Notes: a model not told the origin generated them from the letters alone. 63,346 nucleotides of DNA from Candidatus Omnitrophota bacterium (GCA_017992455.1 JAGOOP010000008.1:1-63346); one strand, 5' to 3'. Shown: positions 18,423-29,369, counted from the stretch's first letter. Translations and numbers: made by a program.

Positions 18423-19249
18423 AAAAGAGCTCAAGCATCGGGGTGATCGGTTTCGGGAACATGGGCAGCGCGATCGCGTCCAGGCTCAGGGGTTTTTATA
18501 AGGTATATGTTTTCGAAAAGGACATCGATAAGCTGAAGAACAGCGGCGGCGTCATGATCCTCGGCGGCATAGAGGACATCATCGATGCCGCAGGGACCAT
18601 CATCATCGCCGTGAAGCCGCAGGACTTCGACAATGTTCTTGAAGAACTGCGCGGCAAGATCAGCCAGCGGCGCGTCGTTTCCATCGCCGCCGGCATTTCG
18701 ACCGGATATATCGAGGAAAGCGTCGGCGACGTCCCGGTGATCCGCGTTATGCCGAATCTTCCCGCGAAAGTCGGCATGGGCATGATCTGTTTGTGCAAAG
18801 GCCGGTATGCGCTTGAGACCGATCTGTCGTTCGCGCAAAAGGTATTCGGGCATCTGGGCAAGACGCTCGTCGTCGAAGAATCGCAGATGAACGCGGTGAC
18901 CGCAGTGTCAGGCAGCGGCCCGGGTTTTTTCTTCGGTCTCATCGAAGGCAAGCCCGAGAGTGAATGGGCGGTATACGGGACCAATATTTTTACGCCGCTT
19001 TTGATCGAAGCGGCGCGTGAGATCGGGTTCAGCCGGCAGCAGGCGCAGACGCTTGCCGTTGCGACCGCAGAAGGCAGTATCGCGCTCCTGCGTCAGACGG
19101 GGCTTTCTCCGCAGGCGCTGCGCCGGCAGGTCACGTCAAAGGGAGGCACGACCGAGGCGGGTCTGGAGGCGCTCGAGCGCACGCGGTCGCTCGTTCAGGC
19201 GGTCAAGGCAGCGGCGCAGCGGGCAGAGGAACTTTCCGGAGGGAATTGA
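18419..19249 (+). CDS. proC: Pyrroline-5-carboxylate reductase
   Basis: 'IGVIGFGNMGSAI', 'AVKPQD' and 'VTSKGGTTEAGL' are present. Confidence 0.85.
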   Translation: MKKSSSIGVIGFGNMGSAIASRLRGFYKVYVFEKDIDKLKNSGGVMILGGIEDIIDAAGTIIIAVKPQDFDNVLEELRGKISQRRVVSIAAGISTGYIEESVGDVPVIRVMPNLPAKVGMGMICLCKGRYALETDLSFAQKVFGHLGKTLVVEESQMNAVTAVSGSGPGFFFGLIEGKPESEWAVYGTNIFTPLLIEAAREIGFSRQQAQTLAVATAEGSIALLRQTGLSPQALRRQVTSKGGTTEAGLEALERTRSLVQAVKAAAQRAEELSGGN

Positions 19250-19253
19250 TCAT

Positions 19254-20114
19254 ATGGGAAAGATAGGTATCATCGGCGGCAGCGGTTTGTATAAGATCGA
19301 AGGGTTCACCGATGTCCAGGAGATCGAGGTGCAGACTCCGTTCGGCAGCCCGTCGGACGCGTTCATGTGCGGGATGTTCGAGGGCAAGGAGGTCGTGTTC
19401 CTTCCGCGCCACGGCAGGGGCCACCGGATCAATCCGAGCGAGATCAATTACCGGGCCAACATCTTTGCCATGAAAAAGCTCGGCGTCGAGCGGATCATTT
19501 CGCTCACCGCATGCGGCAGCCTGCGCGCCGAAATGAAGCCGCTTGATTTCGTGCTTCCCGACCAGTTCGTGGACCGGACCAACCAGGCCCGGAAGATGAC
19601 CTTTTTCGAGAACGGCATCGTCGCCCACGTGAGCCTCGCCGACCCGGTATGCGCAGATCTGCGCCGCCGCGTGTATGAAAGCGTCAAATCGCTCGGTTTC
19701 GGAGTTCATGACGGCGGGACCTACATCACCATGGAAGGGCCTGCGTTCTCGACCCGCGCGGAATCGAACCTGTACCGCAGCTGGGGCATGGATATCATCG
19801 GCATGACGAACATGTCCGAGGCAAAGCTTGCGCGCGAAGCGGAGATCTGCTACGTGACGGTCGCCGCGGTCACGGATTTCGACTGCTGGTATCAGTCCGC
19901 CGAAGAGGTGACCCTTGAGATGGTCATCGACAACCTGCATAAGAACGTCGACCGGTCAAAAGCGATCGTGCGCAGGATGATCAAGGAACTGCCCGTCGAA
20001 CGCACCTGCGGCTGCGGCGCGGCTTTGCAGAACGCGATCGTCACCGACCGGTCGATGATCCCGGAAAAGCTCAAAAAGGACCTTGCGCCGGTCATCGGCA
20101 AATACATTCAATAG
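19254..20114 (+). CDS. mtnP: S-methyl-5'-thioadenosine phosphorylase
   Basis: An internal ATG at 19254 gives 'KIGIIGGSGLY'. 'FLPRHGRGH' and 'GMTNMSEAKLAREAE' are present. Confidence 0.8.
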   Translation: MGKIGIIGGSGLYKIEGFTDVQEIEVQTPFGSPSDAFMCGMFEGKEVVFLPRHGRGHRINPSEINYRANIFAMKKLGVERIISLTACGSLRAEMKPLDFVLPDQFVDRTNQARKMTFFENGIVAHVSLADPVCADLRRRVYESVKSLGFGVHDGGTYITMEGPAFSTRAESNLYRSWGMDIIGMTNMSEAKLAREAEICYVTVAAVTDFDCWYQSAEEVTLEMVIDNLHKNVDRSKAIVRRMIKELPVERTCGCGAALQNAIVTDRSMIPEKLKKDLAPVIGKYIQ

Positions 20115-20126
20115 AGAACATCGATC

Positions 20127-22949
20127 ATGGAATATAAAAATACCTTAAACCTGCCCAAGACCGATTTCCCCATGAAGGGGGACCTGCCCCGGCGCGAGCC
20201 GGAATTCCTGAAGAAATGGGAGGGCCTCGGCCTGTACCGGCTCATGCGCGAGAAGTCTGCCGGCAGGCCCAAGTATGTCCTTCACGACGGGCCGCCGTAT
20301 GCCAACGGTAACATCCACATCGGCCATGCGCTGAACAAGACGCTCAAGGATTTCATCGTCAAGTACAAGACCATGCGGGGCTTTGATTCGGGGTATGTTC
20401 CCGGATGGGACTGCCACGGCCTGCCGGTGGAGCATGCGCTTTTCAAAGAGCTCAAGATCAGAAAACACCAGATCGACCAGGTCAGTTTCCGCAAAAAAGC
20501 GCACGATTATGCGATGAAGTTCGTCGTCCTGCAGAAAGAGGAGTTCAAACGTCTCGGCGTGCAGGGCGACTGGGAAAATCCGTATCTCACGCTCAGCCGC
20601 GAATACGAGGACGGCATCGTCGGCGCGCTTTCCGATCTTGTGAAAAAAGGGTATGTGTACCGCGGATTAAAGCCCGTGAACTGGTGTTTTCGCTGCGAGA
20701 CCGCGCTTGCCGAAGCGGAAGTGGAGTATGAGGATCATACATCCCCGTCGGTATTTGTCAAATTCAAGCTGGAACGGTCAACGCGGTTTCCCGACGACGC
20801 ATCCCTGGTCATCTGGACCACCACGCCCTGGACGCTGCTTGCCAACGTCGCTGTCGCGGTGCATCCTGATTTTGTCTATTCCTATATAAAGACCGGCAAG
20901 GGGAACCTCATTATTGCCAACGTGCGTTTACCGGTCCTTGAGCGCATGGGCATAGAGAAGTATGAGGTTGTCCGCGAAATAAAAGGCAGGGACCTGGAAG
21001 GCCTTGTCTATATCGGCCCGTTCGGTCTTCGCACGGGCACCGTAGTTCCGGCGAATTATGTGTCCGCGGAAGAAGGGACGGGGCTGGTGCATACTGCTCC
21101 GGGCCACGGCGCCGATGATTATCTGACAGGCCTGAAGCATAAGCTTGACATTATCATGCCGGTGGATGCCAAAGGCAATTTCGACGCATCGACCGGAGAG
21201 TTCACGGGGATGAATGTTTATGATTCGAACAAGGTTATCATCGACAAGCTCCGGGCGCAGGGCGCGCTGCTTTTGGCCGAGACGATCCGGCACTCCTATC
21301 CGCATTGCTGGCGGTGCAAGAACCCGATCATCTTCCGCGCCACCAACCAGTGGTTCCTCAATATCGATCATGACGGCCTGCGCAAGAAACTGCTCGGGGT
21401 GATCGCTTCCGATATAACGTTCGTGCCTCCGTCCGGCAGGGAGCGGATCTCGTCGATGGTAGGGCTGCGCCCCGATTGGTGCCTGTCGCGCCAGCGGTAC
21501 TGGGGCGTGCCGATACCGTCTCTGGTCTGCGCCAAATGCAAGGATGAGTTCCTCGAGCCGGCGGTCATCGACGCGTTCAGGAGGTTTGTCGCTACCGAGG
21601 GGACTGACTGCTGGTTTATCAGGCCGGTGGATGATTTTATCCCCGAAGGATTCGCGTGCGGAAAGTGCAAAGGCACGAAATTCGAAAAGGGCTCCGATAT
21701 CCTCGATGTCTGGTTCGATTCGGGTGCGAGCAGCCAGTCCGTGCTGAAAAAACGTCCGGACCTTATGCCGCCGCCGTGTTCTTTGTACCTGGAAGGTTCC
21801 GACCAGCACCGCGGATGGTTCCAGGCGTCGCTGTGGGTTTCCATGGGGGTCGACGGTAAGCCGCCGTTCGAGTCGGTCCTCACGCACGGGTTCGTCGTTG
21901 ACGGCGACGGCAGGAAGATGTCGAAATCGCTCGGCAACGTCATCGCGCCCAACGATATCATCAAGAATTCCGGGGCGGACATCCTGCGGCTGTGGGTCGC
22001 ATCGAGCGATTACAACGAGGATATCCGCATATCGCAGCAGATACTTCAGCGCCTGTCCGAGGCGTACCGCAAGATCCGCAACACGGCGAAATTCATCCTG
22101 AGCAATCTCTATGATTTCGACCCCGATCCCGATACGGTCGCATATGCGGACCGTGCGCTCATCGACCGTTGGATACTGGCCGAATGCGACGCGGTGATCC
22201 GGCAGGTCACGCAGGCCTACGATGATTTCGAGTTCCACAAGGCGTTCAAGGGCATCTATGATTTCTGCAACGAGACTCTGTCCATGTATTATCTTGACAT
22301 GGTCAAGGGCAGGCTGTATACCGCCCGTTTCGATTCGCTTCAGCGCCGCAGCGCGCAGTCTTCCATGTATGAGGCCCTGTATGCGCTGGTCCGGCTCATG
22401 GCGCCGATCCTGGCGTTCACCGCCGAGGATATATGGCAGTATGTCCCCCGGCGGTCTGCGGACAAACAGACGCCGAGCGTGCATCTTCTGGATTGGCCCC
22501 ATGAGGACGCCGCATGCCTTTCGGGGAGTGATCCGGCGGGCATCTCGGGCATATCCGAGGTCATGGGTTTTATTCCCGCGGTGACAAAAACGCTCGAAGA
22601 GAAGCGCAGCGCGGGCCTTATCGGCAGTTCGTTCGATGCGAAAATAAATATATTGACAAAAGACCGGAATCGGTATAATTACTTAGATGGGTTGCGGGCG
22701 AGTTTGCCCGAGATCTTCAAAGTTTCCCATGTTTCCGTTACGAAGACCGATTCGCTGGAGCCGTATGCGCCGCTCGATGCGGAGCATCTTGATGTCGCCC
22801 TCGATGTGCGCAAGGCCGACGGCGGGAAATGCGAGCGGTGCTGGAATTACAAGGAGTCCGTCGGGAAAGATCCGTCGCATGCGCGGTTGTGCGATCAGTG
22901 TGTAGCTGCCATCCAAGGAGGCGAGTACATTGAGAAAGAAATTGAATAA
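20127..22949 (+). CDS. ileS: Isoleucine--tRNA ligase
   Basis: It has class I 'HIGH' ('[10 protein letters not shown]') and 'KMSKS' motifs, 'WTTTPWTL', and a C-terminal Zn finger 'CERCW..CDQC'. Confidence 0.95.
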   Translation: MEYKNTLNLPKTDFPMKGDLPRREPEFLKKWEGLGLYRLMREKSAGRPKYVLHDGPPYANGNIHIGHALNKTLKDFIVKYKTMRGFDSGYVPGWDCHGLPVEHALFKELKIRKHQIDQVSFRKKAHDYAMKFVVLQKEEFKRLGVQGDWENPYLTLSREYEDGIVGALSDLVKKGYVYRGLKPVNWCFRCETALAEAEVEYEDHTSPSVFVKFKLERSTRFPDDASLVIWTTTPWTLLANVAVAVHPDFVYSYIKTGKGNLIIANVRLPVLERMGIEKYEVVREIKGRDLEGLVYIGPFGLRTGTVVPANYVSAEEGTGLVHTAPGHGADDYLTGLKHKLDIIMPVDAKGNFDASTGEFTGMNVYDSNKVIIDKLRAQGALLLAETIRHSYPHCWRCKNPIIFRATNQWFLNIDHDGLRKKLLGVIASDITFVPPSGRERISSMVGLRPDWCLSRQRYWGVPIPSLVCAKCKDEFLEPAVIDAFRRFVATEGTDCWFIRPVDDFIPEGFACGKCKGTKFEKGSDILDVWFDSGASSQSVLKKRPDLMPPPCSLYLEGSDQHRGWFQASLWVSMGVDGKPPFESVLTHGFVVDGDGRKMSKSLGNVIAPNDIIKNSGADILRLWVASSDYNEDIRISQQILQRLSEAYRKIRNTAKFILSNLYDFDPDPDTVAYADRALIDRWILAECDAVIRQVTQAYDDFEFHKAFKGIYDFCNETLSMYYLDMVKGRLYTARFDSLQRRSAQSSMYEALYALVRLMAPILAFTAEDIWQYVPRRSADKQTPSVHLLDWPHEDAACLSGSDPAGISGISEVMGFIPAVTKTLEEKRSAGLIGSSFDAKINILTKDRNRYNYLDGLRASLPEIFKVSHVSVTKTDSLEPYAPLDAEHLDVALDVRKADGGKCERCWNYKESVGKDPSHARLCDQCVAAIQGGEYIEKEIE

Positions 22950-23313
22950 GAAAGAACTCGGGGATTACAAAAAACTGCTGCAGAAGCGCAAGGCAGAAGT
23001 CCTTGACGCCATCGATCATGCGTCCGAAGAGACCATGAAAAAATCCCAGAAAGACGCCTCCGGGGACATATCGGGATATACGTACCATATGGCGGACGTC
23101 GCCACCGATACCTATGACCGGGAGTTCTCGCTCGGCCTGGTGTCAAGCGAGCGCAAGATGCTGTTCGAGCTTGGCGCTGCGATGAAGAAGATCGAAGACG
23201 GCAGTTACGGCATCTGCGAAGATTGTCAATCGCCCATTGCCAAGACCAGGCTGAAAGCGATCCCCTATGCCCGCCTTTGCGTGAAGTGCCAGGAGAAAAG
23301 AGAGAAGAAATAG
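22930..23313 (+). CDS. DksA/TraR-family C4 zinc-finger protein (YlyA-like position)
   Basis: '[15 protein letters not shown]' is present. It lies between ileS and lspA. The start codon is TTG. Confidence 0.7.
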   Translation: MRKKLNKKELGDYKKLLQKRKAEVLDAIDHASEETMKKSQKDASGDISGYTYHMADVATDTYDREFSLGLVSSERKMLFELGAAMKKIEDGSYGICEDCQSPIAKTRLKAIPYARLCVKCQEKREKK

Positions 23314-23324
23314 GACCTTCTTTC

Positions 23325-23774
23325 ATGGTCGTTCTTATCGTTTCGCTCATCCTTGTCAGCGACCGGATGACCAAGGCTTTTTTTTCGCATCTGCTCGCCG
23401 CAGAAGGCTCTATTCCCGTCATCAAAGGTTTCTTCCATCTGACCCTCGTTCATAACCGCGGCGCCGCGTTCGGCATGCTCCGGGGCCAGACACTTTTTTT
23501 TATACTCGCGTCCGTCATCGCGGTCTTTTTTATCCTTTTCCATATGAAGAAAAGCACGGCCGTTGAGAAATACGCGCTGTCTTTGATCCTCGCGGGAGCA
23601 GCGGGAAATCTCATCGACCGGGTATTATACGGCCACGTCGTCGATTTTATCGATATACATATCGACCCGTATTTCTACTGGCCGGTCTTCAATGTCGCAG
23701 ACACCGCCATTACCGTCGGCGCATGCATGCTCGGATGGCTTTTGCTGCGTCAGGCGATCCCGGAGAAAAAATGA
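23325..23774 (+). CDS. lspA: Lipoprotein signal peptidase (signal peptidase II)
   Basis: An internal ATG lies at 23325. 'NRGAAFG', 'GNLIDR', 'VVDFID' and 'FNVAD' are present. Confidence 0.85.
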   Translation: MVVLIVSLILVSDRMTKAFFSHLLAAEGSIPVIKGFFHLTLVHNRGAAFGMLRGQTLFFILASVIAVFFILFHMKKSTAVEKYALSLILAGAAGNLIDRVLYGHVVDFIDIHIDPYFYWPVFNVADTAITVGACMLGWLLLRQAIPEKK

Positions 23775-24676
23775 AACGGCACGACATTATCGTTCCGGAG
23801 GACGCATCAGGGCGGATCGACCGGTTCCTGATGGAATTTTCGGCAGCATCGGGCCTCGGCCTGTCCCGCACGGAGATACAGGAGTGTATTGCATCGGGAC
23901 AGGTGACCGTGAACGGCACGATCGTCCAAAAGGCGAGTTCCAGGGTTTCCGCGAACCAGCATATCGTTTTTGAGCAGGCGGAGCGCAAAGGTCCGAGCGC
24001 CCTTATTGCAGAAGACATCCCTCTGGACGTCGTATATGAGGACCGGGACCTGGCTGTCATCAATAAGCCGCCGGGGCTTGTCGTGCATCCGGCGCCGGGC
24101 AATGCGGCGCATACGATGGTCCATGCGATGCTGCATCGTTTCAAGGACCTGTCCGATATCAACCCGCAGCGCCCGGGGATCGTGCACCGTCTTGACAAGG
24201 AGACCTCGGGCCTTCTCGTCATCGCAAAGAACAATACCGCGCATCATGCGCTCGCGCAGCAATTCGCCGATCATTCGATCAAGCGCAAATACGTCGCAGT
24301 GGTCAAGGGCAGGGTCGAATATGAGGAGAACGTCATCGAGCTTTCCATCGGGCGGCATCCGGTCAGGCGCGAACATATGGCGGTCCATTCCGGGATCAAC
24401 GCGCGGTATGCGAAGACCCGTTACCGCACGCTTAAACGCGCCGGCAAGGTCAGCCTGCTGGAACTGGAGCCGTATACCGGCCGGACGCATCAGCTGCGCG
24501 TCCATTGCGCATATATCGGACATCCGATCATGGGCGATGTCAAATACGGCAAACAGGTGCCGTTCCCCCGCATGGCGCTCCATGCCCGGTATATCGGGTT
24601 CGTGCATCCGTCAACCGGCAAATTCGTCGAATTCGAGACCCCGATCCCCGAAGAATTCCTCAATGCGGTCGCCTGA
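23771..24676 (+). CDS. rluD: RluA-family 23S rRNA pseudouridine synthase (RluD-like)
   Basis: It has an S4-like N-terminus, 'HRLDKETSGLL' and 'HQLRVH'. Its ATG overlaps the lspA stop. Confidence 0.8.
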   Translation: MKRHDIIVPEDASGRIDRFLMEFSAASGLGLSRTEIQECIASGQVTVNGTIVQKASSRVSANQHIVFEQAERKGPSALIAEDIPLDVVYEDRDLAVINKPPGLVVHPAPGNAAHTMVHAMLHRFKDLSDINPQRPGIVHRLDKETSGLLVIAKNNTAHHALAQQFADHSIKRKYVAVVKGRVEYEENVIELSIGRHPVRREHMAVHSGINARYAKTRYRTLKRAGKVSLLELEPYTGRTHQLRVHCAYIGHPIMGDVKYGKQVPFPRMALHARYIGFVHPSTGKFVEFETPIPEEFLNAVA

Positions 24677-24687
24677 TAAGAAAGTTC

Positions 24688-24716
24688 TTGATTTTTACGT
24701 AAGTAGTTGGTATAGT
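24688..24716 (+). promoter_or_regulatory. Sigma70-type promoter (TTGATT-17 nt-TATAGT)
   Basis: The hexamers lie at 24688-24693 and 24711-24716, upstream of the coiled-coil gene. Confidence 0.45.
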
Positions 24717-24763
24717 AATGCAAAACAAGGGTCAGTTCGATAACTTCCTGAAGGAGGCTTAAG

Positions 24764-25600
24764 ATGGCCGGACAGAACACTGGTTTAAAACTCCTTGTCG
24801 TATTTCTGGTTGTCATTTCCCTGGCATTGGGCGGCGGCGGATATTTCATGCTCACAAAGGAAAAAGAGCGCAGCGCTCAGCTCGAAACGGAATTGAACGA
24901 AACGAAAAGCAAATACCGCCAGGCCCAGGCAGAGATAGAAACCCAGAGCAACAAGATCACCGGCCTCACGTCGAGCCTTGATAATGCGAACAGCGAGATC
25001 CGAAGATTGAACAATAAGGTGAGCGAGGAGCAGACGGCGCGTCAGGAAGCGGTGTCGAAACTGGAGAGTTTGAGCTCCGAACTGGCGAAACAATCGAGCC
25101 TGAGCGGCGACCTTCAGAAGAAGCTGGCCGAATCCCAGGGAGCGTTGAAGGAATTCGATAAGCGGCTGAAGGAGATGGAAGAACAGCTTAAATCCGCCGA
25201 GGCCAAGAAAGCCGATCTCGAGAAAAAGGTAAAAGCCTTCGAAGAAAAGACATCGAGCGTCGAGCTCGGCAAGATCGTGGTCAGCCCTGAGCCCGCAAAG
25301 AAAGCCGAGAAAGCCGAGAAAGCCGAGAAGGCCGAGAAGGCTCCGGAACCTGTGAAACCGTCAGCCAAAAAACTCGAAGGCAAAGTCCTGGTTGTCAACA
25401 AGGATTATCGTTTTGCCGTGATCAACCTCGGAAGCAAGGACGGCATAACGGCCGGCGCCGCGTTCTCCGTCATACACAACGGCAAGAAGATCGGCGACGT
25501 GAAAGTCGAGAAGGTCCACGATACGATGTCCGCCGCGGGTTTCGTGACGCCTGAGCTCAAGGATAAGATCATCGAAGGCGACTCGGTCATCCAAAAATAA
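24764..25600 (+). CDS. Membrane-anchored coiled-coil protein with a KAE repeat and a C-terminal small beta-domain; function unknown
   Basis: It has an N-terminal TM segment 'LLVVFLVVISLALGGGGYFML', a long heptad-like Glu/Lys/Gln-rich region, 'KKAEKAEKAEKAEKA', and a C-terminal 'YRFAVINLGSKDGI..GDSV'. Confidence 0.6.
   Translation: MAGQNTGLKLLVVFLVVISLALGGGGYFMLTKEKERSAQLETELNETKSKYRQAQAEIETQSNKITGLTSSLDNANSEIRRLNNKVSEEQTARQEAVSKLESLSSELAKQSSLSGDLQKKLAESQGALKEFDKRLKEMEEQLKSAEAKKADLEKKVKAFEEKTSSVELGKIVVSPEPAKKAEKAEKAEKAEKAPEPVKPSAKKLEGKVLVVNKDYRFAVINLGSKDGITAGAAFSVIHNGKKIGDVKVEKVHDTMSAAGFVTPELKDKIIEGDSVIQK
25301..25340 (+). repeat. In-frame 9-bp tandem repeat (AAAGCCGAG, about 4.5 units) encoding (KAE)n
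   Basis: aaagccgag aaagccgag aaagccgag aaggccgag aagg lies inside the CDS. Confidence 0.8.
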
Positions 25601-26911
25601 ATGGCTTCTTTTGTAACGCAGGGTATCCGCGCGTTGAAAGGCACGGTCAGCCTGCGCGGCGATAAATCGATCGCGCACCGCGCAGTGATGCTCGCCTCCG
25701 TCGCCGAAGGAACCACCCGCCTGCGCAATTTCCCCCCCCATGAAGATGCTGCGGCAACGCTGCACGCGTTCCGGTCTCTCGGAGTCACCATAACACGCAG
25801 GAAAGATACGGTCATCATCAAGGGCAGAGGGCTGTCGCGTTTGCATGCGCCCCGCGGCCCGCTTTTCGTAAACGAGTCGGGGACGACTTTGCGCCTGCTT
25901 CTGGGCATACTTGCCGGCCAGCCGTTCAAGGTTTCGCTGCACGCCGCTGCCTCATTGTCGCGCAGGCCCATGCTGCGCGTCATACAACCGCTGCGCGCCA
26001 TGGGAGTCAATCTCAGCGGCCGGCGCTGCGGAAAAGAGGAATGCGCGCCGATCACAATAGAGGGGGGACCGGTGCGGGCATTGAGGTACCGGATGCCTGT
26101 TGCGTCCGCTCAGGTCAAGAGCGCAGTGCTTTTTGCAGGACTGTATGCGCGGGGGACGACACGGGTCATCGAACCGGCGGCCACGCGCGACCATACCGAG
26201 CGCATGCTCGGCCTTTTCGGCGCCGGCATATCGAGGCAGGGCCGAACGATCGATCTGCGCGGCCCGTGCCGGCTTACGTCGCCCGGAACCATCACCATAC
26301 CCGGGGACATATCGAGCGCCGCATTCCTGATCGTTGCCGCTATCCTGCTTCCGGGTTCCCGTATTCAGATCAAGACCGTGAGCCTTAATCCCTCGCGCAT
26401 CGGCATACTGGCTGTTTTAGCGAGAATGGGAGCTCGTGCCGCAATTACGGTCAGGCAAAAAGGCGGAGCAGAACCCTGGGGAGATATCACGGTACAAGCA
26501 GGAGCGCTGCATGGAGTTACGATCCAGAAAAAAGAGATCCCGTCATTGATCGATGAGCTCCCGGCTCTCATGGTTGCTGCATGCTGCGCATCAGGCATAA
26601 GCACGCTCAAAGGTGTTGAAGAACTGCGTGTGAAGGAGACTGACCGGATCCGCTCAATGACCGAAAACCTGGCGAAAATGGGCGGCCGCCTTGCGGTCGT
26701 GCGCAGGAAACGGTCGGAGGATATCGTTATCCGCGGCGCCGGAGGCCTGCGGGGAGCTGCGGTGAGCAGTTTCGGCGATCACCGGACCGCCATGGCTATG
26801 ATAGTGGCGGGAATGGCTGCATCAGGCCGGACCTCGATCGATGATATCGGATGCATTTCAAAATCCTTCCCTGACTTTCTGAAAGTCCTCAAGCCCCTCA
26901 TGGTCAAATAG
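25601..26911 (+). CDS. aroA: 3-phosphoshikimate 1-carboxyvinyltransferase (EPSP synthase)
   Basis: 'GDKSIAHRA', 'NESGTTLRLL', 'VKETDR' and 'DHRTAMA' are present. Confidence 0.9.
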   Translation: MASFVTQGIRALKGTVSLRGDKSIAHRAVMLASVAEGTTRLRNFPPHEDAAATLHAFRSLGVTITRRKDTVIIKGRGLSRLHAPRGPLFVNESGTTLRLLLGILAGQPFKVSLHAAASLSRRPMLRVIQPLRAMGVNLSGRRCGKEECAPITIEGGPVRALRYRMPVASAQVKSAVLFAGLYARGTTRVIEPAATRDHTERMLGLFGAGISRQGRTIDLRGPCRLTSPGTITIPGDISSAAFLIVAAILLPGSRIQIKTVSLNPSRIGILAVLARMGARAAITVRQKGGAEPWGDITVQAGALHGVTIQKKEIPSLIDELPALMVAACCASGISTLKGVEELRVKETDRIRSMTENLAKMGGRLAVVRRKRSEDIVIRGAGGLRGAAVSSFGDHRTAMAMIVAGMAASGRTSIDDIGCISKSFPDFLKVLKPLMVK

Positions 26912-26936
26912 GGGGCCGGTTTTCGTATCTTTTCAT

Positions 26937-26965
26937 TTGACATACACTTTAATTCCTGATAGAAT
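26937..26965 (+). promoter_or_regulatory. Sigma70-type promoter (TTGACA-17 nt-TAGAAT) upstream of mreB
   Basis: The hexamers lie at 26937-26942 and 26960-26965. Confidence 0.5.
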
Positions 26966-27028
26966 TGAAAAACAATGCGGTAGCGGTATCTCTTACAAAG
27001 CGCTCGCCTATCTCCCAAGGAGAATGAC

Positions 27029-28102
27029 ATGGGTAAGTTCAGGGATTTTGCCACGAAAATGTTCAATTATGTCTTCGGGCTGTTTTCGAACGATATGGGT
27101 ATAGATCTGGGCACTGCCTCGACCCTGGTGTATGTAAAGGGGGAGGGCGTTGTGCTGTGCGAGCCGTCGGTCGTTGCCATAGAAAAAGGCACGTCCCACG
27201 TGCTTGCGGTCGGCGAAGAGGCGAAGCGCATGCTCGGCAGGACGCCCGGCAACATCGTGGCTATCCGGCCCATGAAAGACGGCGTCATTGCCGATTTCGA
27301 GATAACCGAGGCGATGCTCCGGTATTTCATCAAGAAAGTGCATCATCGCCGCGTCCTCGTCAGGCCCCGTATCCTCATCGCGATCCCGTCGGGGATCACG
27401 GAAGTCGAGAAACGCGCGGTCAAGGATTCCGCCGAGCGCGCAGGCGCCCGGGAGGTATTCCTTATCGAAGAACCGGTCGCGGCGGCGATCGGCGTCGGCC
27501 TGCCGATCCAGGAACCCATCGGCAACATGATCATCGACATCGGCGGCGGCACCACCGAGATCGCGGTCATCTCGCTTGCGGGGATCGTATTTTCCAAATC
27601 GATCAGGATCGGCGGCGACGAAATGGACGTCGCCATCATCGAATATCTGAAGAAAACGTACAACCTGATGATCGGAGAGCGGACCGCCGAATACATCAAG
27701 ATCAAGATCGGCTCCGCCTATCCGCTCGAAGAGGAATTGACGCTTGATGTGAAAGGGCGGGACCTTGTCGCCGGCCTGCCCAAGACCGTGACCATCACGT
27801 CCGAAGAAGTGCGAGAAGCTTTGCAGGAGCCGATGCGCGCCATCCTTGAAGCCACCAAGATCGCGCTTGAGCGCACTCCGCCCGAGCTTTCGGGTGACCT
27901 CATCGAACGGGGCATTGTCATGGCAGGCGGCGGATCGTTGCTCAAAGGCATCGATAAACTCGTTTCGGAGGAATCAGGCCTGGCGGTGCATGTTGCCGAC
28001 GATCCTCTGACCGGCGTCGTATGCGGCACGGGCAAAGTCCTCAATGAGATGAAGTATCTCAAAAAAGTCACGGTCCCGATCAAGTCAGAGATGCGCTCAT
28101 AG
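27029..28102 (+). CDS. mreB: Rod shape-determining protein MreB
   Basis: '[10 protein letters not shown]', 'EEPVAAAIG', 'DIGGGTTE' and '[11 protein letters not shown]' are present. An AAGGAG SD lies 6 nt upstream. Confidence 0.95.
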   Translation: MGKFRDFATKMFNYVFGLFSNDMGIDLGTASTLVYVKGEGVVLCEPSVVAIEKGTSHVLAVGEEAKRMLGRTPGNIVAIRPMKDGVIADFEITEAMLRYFIKKVHHRRVLVRPRILIAIPSGITEVEKRAVKDSAERAGAREVFLIEEPVAAAIGVGLPIQEPIGNMIIDIGGGTTEIAVISLAGIVFSKSIRIGGDEMDVAIIEYLKKTYNLMIGERTAEYIKIKIGSAYPLEEELTLDVKGRDLVAGLPKTVTITSEEVREALQEPMRAILEATKIALERTPPELSGDLIERGIVMAGGGSLLKGIDKLVSEESGLAVHVADDPLTGVVCGTGKVLNEMKYLKKVTVPIKSEMRS

Positions 28103-28114
28103 AGAATCCCAAAT

Positions 28115-28888
28115 GTGTTTAGGCTTACCAGAAAATCCCTGCTCTCCGTTCTTGGTTTTATAATACCCCTTTTCATCCTTTCTGCATTGGTGCCGGTCAT
28201 CCGGCGCCCTGTTCTTGCCGTCCTGCGGCTTCCGCTGTATGTGTTCAATGCCGCCGGCAGGGAGGTGCGCGGGATCGTCTTCTATCACCGTAATTATGTC
28301 GACCGGGATCGTCTCGCGCGCCGCATCGATTTTCTCGGCAACAGGCTCGCTGCCATGAACGAGCTGTCGGTCGAGAATACCCGTCTTGCCGATCTTCTTT
28401 CCCTGAAAAAGGAACTTCCGTATAAGGTCATCGCGGCGCGCGTTATCGGAAGGGACCCGTCGAACTGGTCCTCGTCGGTGATCATCGACAAGGGTTCGTC
28501 GCACAAGGTGCGCGCGGGGGCCGCGTCGGTCAGTTTTCTCGGGCTGGCGGGCAGGGTCACCGATGTCAGGGGTGATACGAGCACGGTGACTTTGATCAAC
28601 GATCCGAACATCAGCGTTTCCGCCCGCGTCCAGCGCAGCAGGCAGGAAGGGCTTGTGTGCGGGTCGCTCGGCGGCGCGCTCCTTATGAAGCTGTTGCCCA
28701 AAGACTGCGATATCGCCGCCGGCGACACGGTCGTCACATCGGGATTGACGCAGATATATCCCAAAGGGCTTTTGATCGGCACGGTCAGTACTGTTGCGCG
28801 GGATTTTTCGGGGCTGAGCATGTACGCGGTCATCAAACCGAGCGTGGACCTTGCGAGCCTCGAGGAAGTGCTGGTCATCGCGGAATGA
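28115..28888 (+). CDS. mreC: Rod shape-determining protein MreC
   Basis: It has an N-terminal TM segment, a coiled segment 'ENTRLADLL' and beta-barrel repeats 'GDTVVTSGL..YPKGLLIG'. The start codon is GTG. Confidence 0.8.
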   Translation: MFRLTRKSLLSVLGFIIPLFILSALVPVIRRPVLAVLRLPLYVFNAAGREVRGIVFYHRNYVDRDRLARRIDFLGNRLAAMNELSVENTRLADLLSLKKELPYKVIAARVIGRDPSNWSSSVIIDKGSSHKVRAGAASVSFLGLAGRVTDVRGDTSTVTLINDPNISVSARVQRSRQEGLVCGSLGGALLMKLLPKDCDIAAGDTVVTSGLTQIYPKGLLIGTVSTVARDFSGLSMYAVIKPSVDLASLEEVLVIAE

Positions 28889-29367
28889 GAAAGATAATCT
28901 TTTTGGGGCTTGTGCTTGCCGCCGTGCTTGTCCAGTCGACCCTGGCCGACGGCATGAGGATCCTCGGCGTCAAACCTGACCTCGTATGGGTCATGGTCAT
29001 GGCCGCCGCGCTGTATTTCGACTTTTCCGACGCGGTCATCTGCGCGGTTTTAGCCGGGATCCTCAAAGATGTCCTCGGCATATCTTCTTTCGGGGCGTAT
29101 ACTCTGTTTCTGCCGTTGTGGGCCGCGGCGGTCAGGAGCCTTTCGAAACGGATATCGTTCGATCATGCCGCGGTGAGCGCCGTTTTTCTCGCGGTGATGA
29201 TCTTCGTCAATGCGGTCATCATCCGCAGTATCCCGCCGGTTTCGACCGGCCGGCTTTCATTCATGGCGTTTATGCATATCGCCGTTATCGAATCGGTCTA
29301 TACGGCCGTTGTATTCGCCTGCGTCAGCCCGTGGCTGCGGCGCGTCGCCGTTTCTACCCTGTGGTGA
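28885..29367 (+). CDS. mreD: Rod shape-determining protein MreD
   Basis: Small polytopic membrane protein. Its ATG overlaps the mreC stop, and it lies between mreC and mrdA. Confidence 0.65.
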   Translation: MRKIIFLGLVLAAVLVQSTLADGMRILGVKPDLVWVMVMAAALYFDFSDAVICAVLAGILKDVLGISSFGAYTLFLPLWAAAVRSLSKRISFDHAAVSAVFLAVMIFVNAVIIRSIPPVSTGRLSFMAFMHIAVIESVYTAVVFACVSPWLRRVAVSTLW

Positions 29368-29369
29368 TC

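Noticed and set aside
25298-25342. Short tandem repeat considered as a possible CRISPR or other non-coding array.
   Set aside because: It has a 9-bp unit and no spacers, and it is in frame within a CDS, where it encodes (KAE)n. No CRISPR array, cas gene, reverse transcriptase or toxin-antitoxin pair was seen anywhere in the window.
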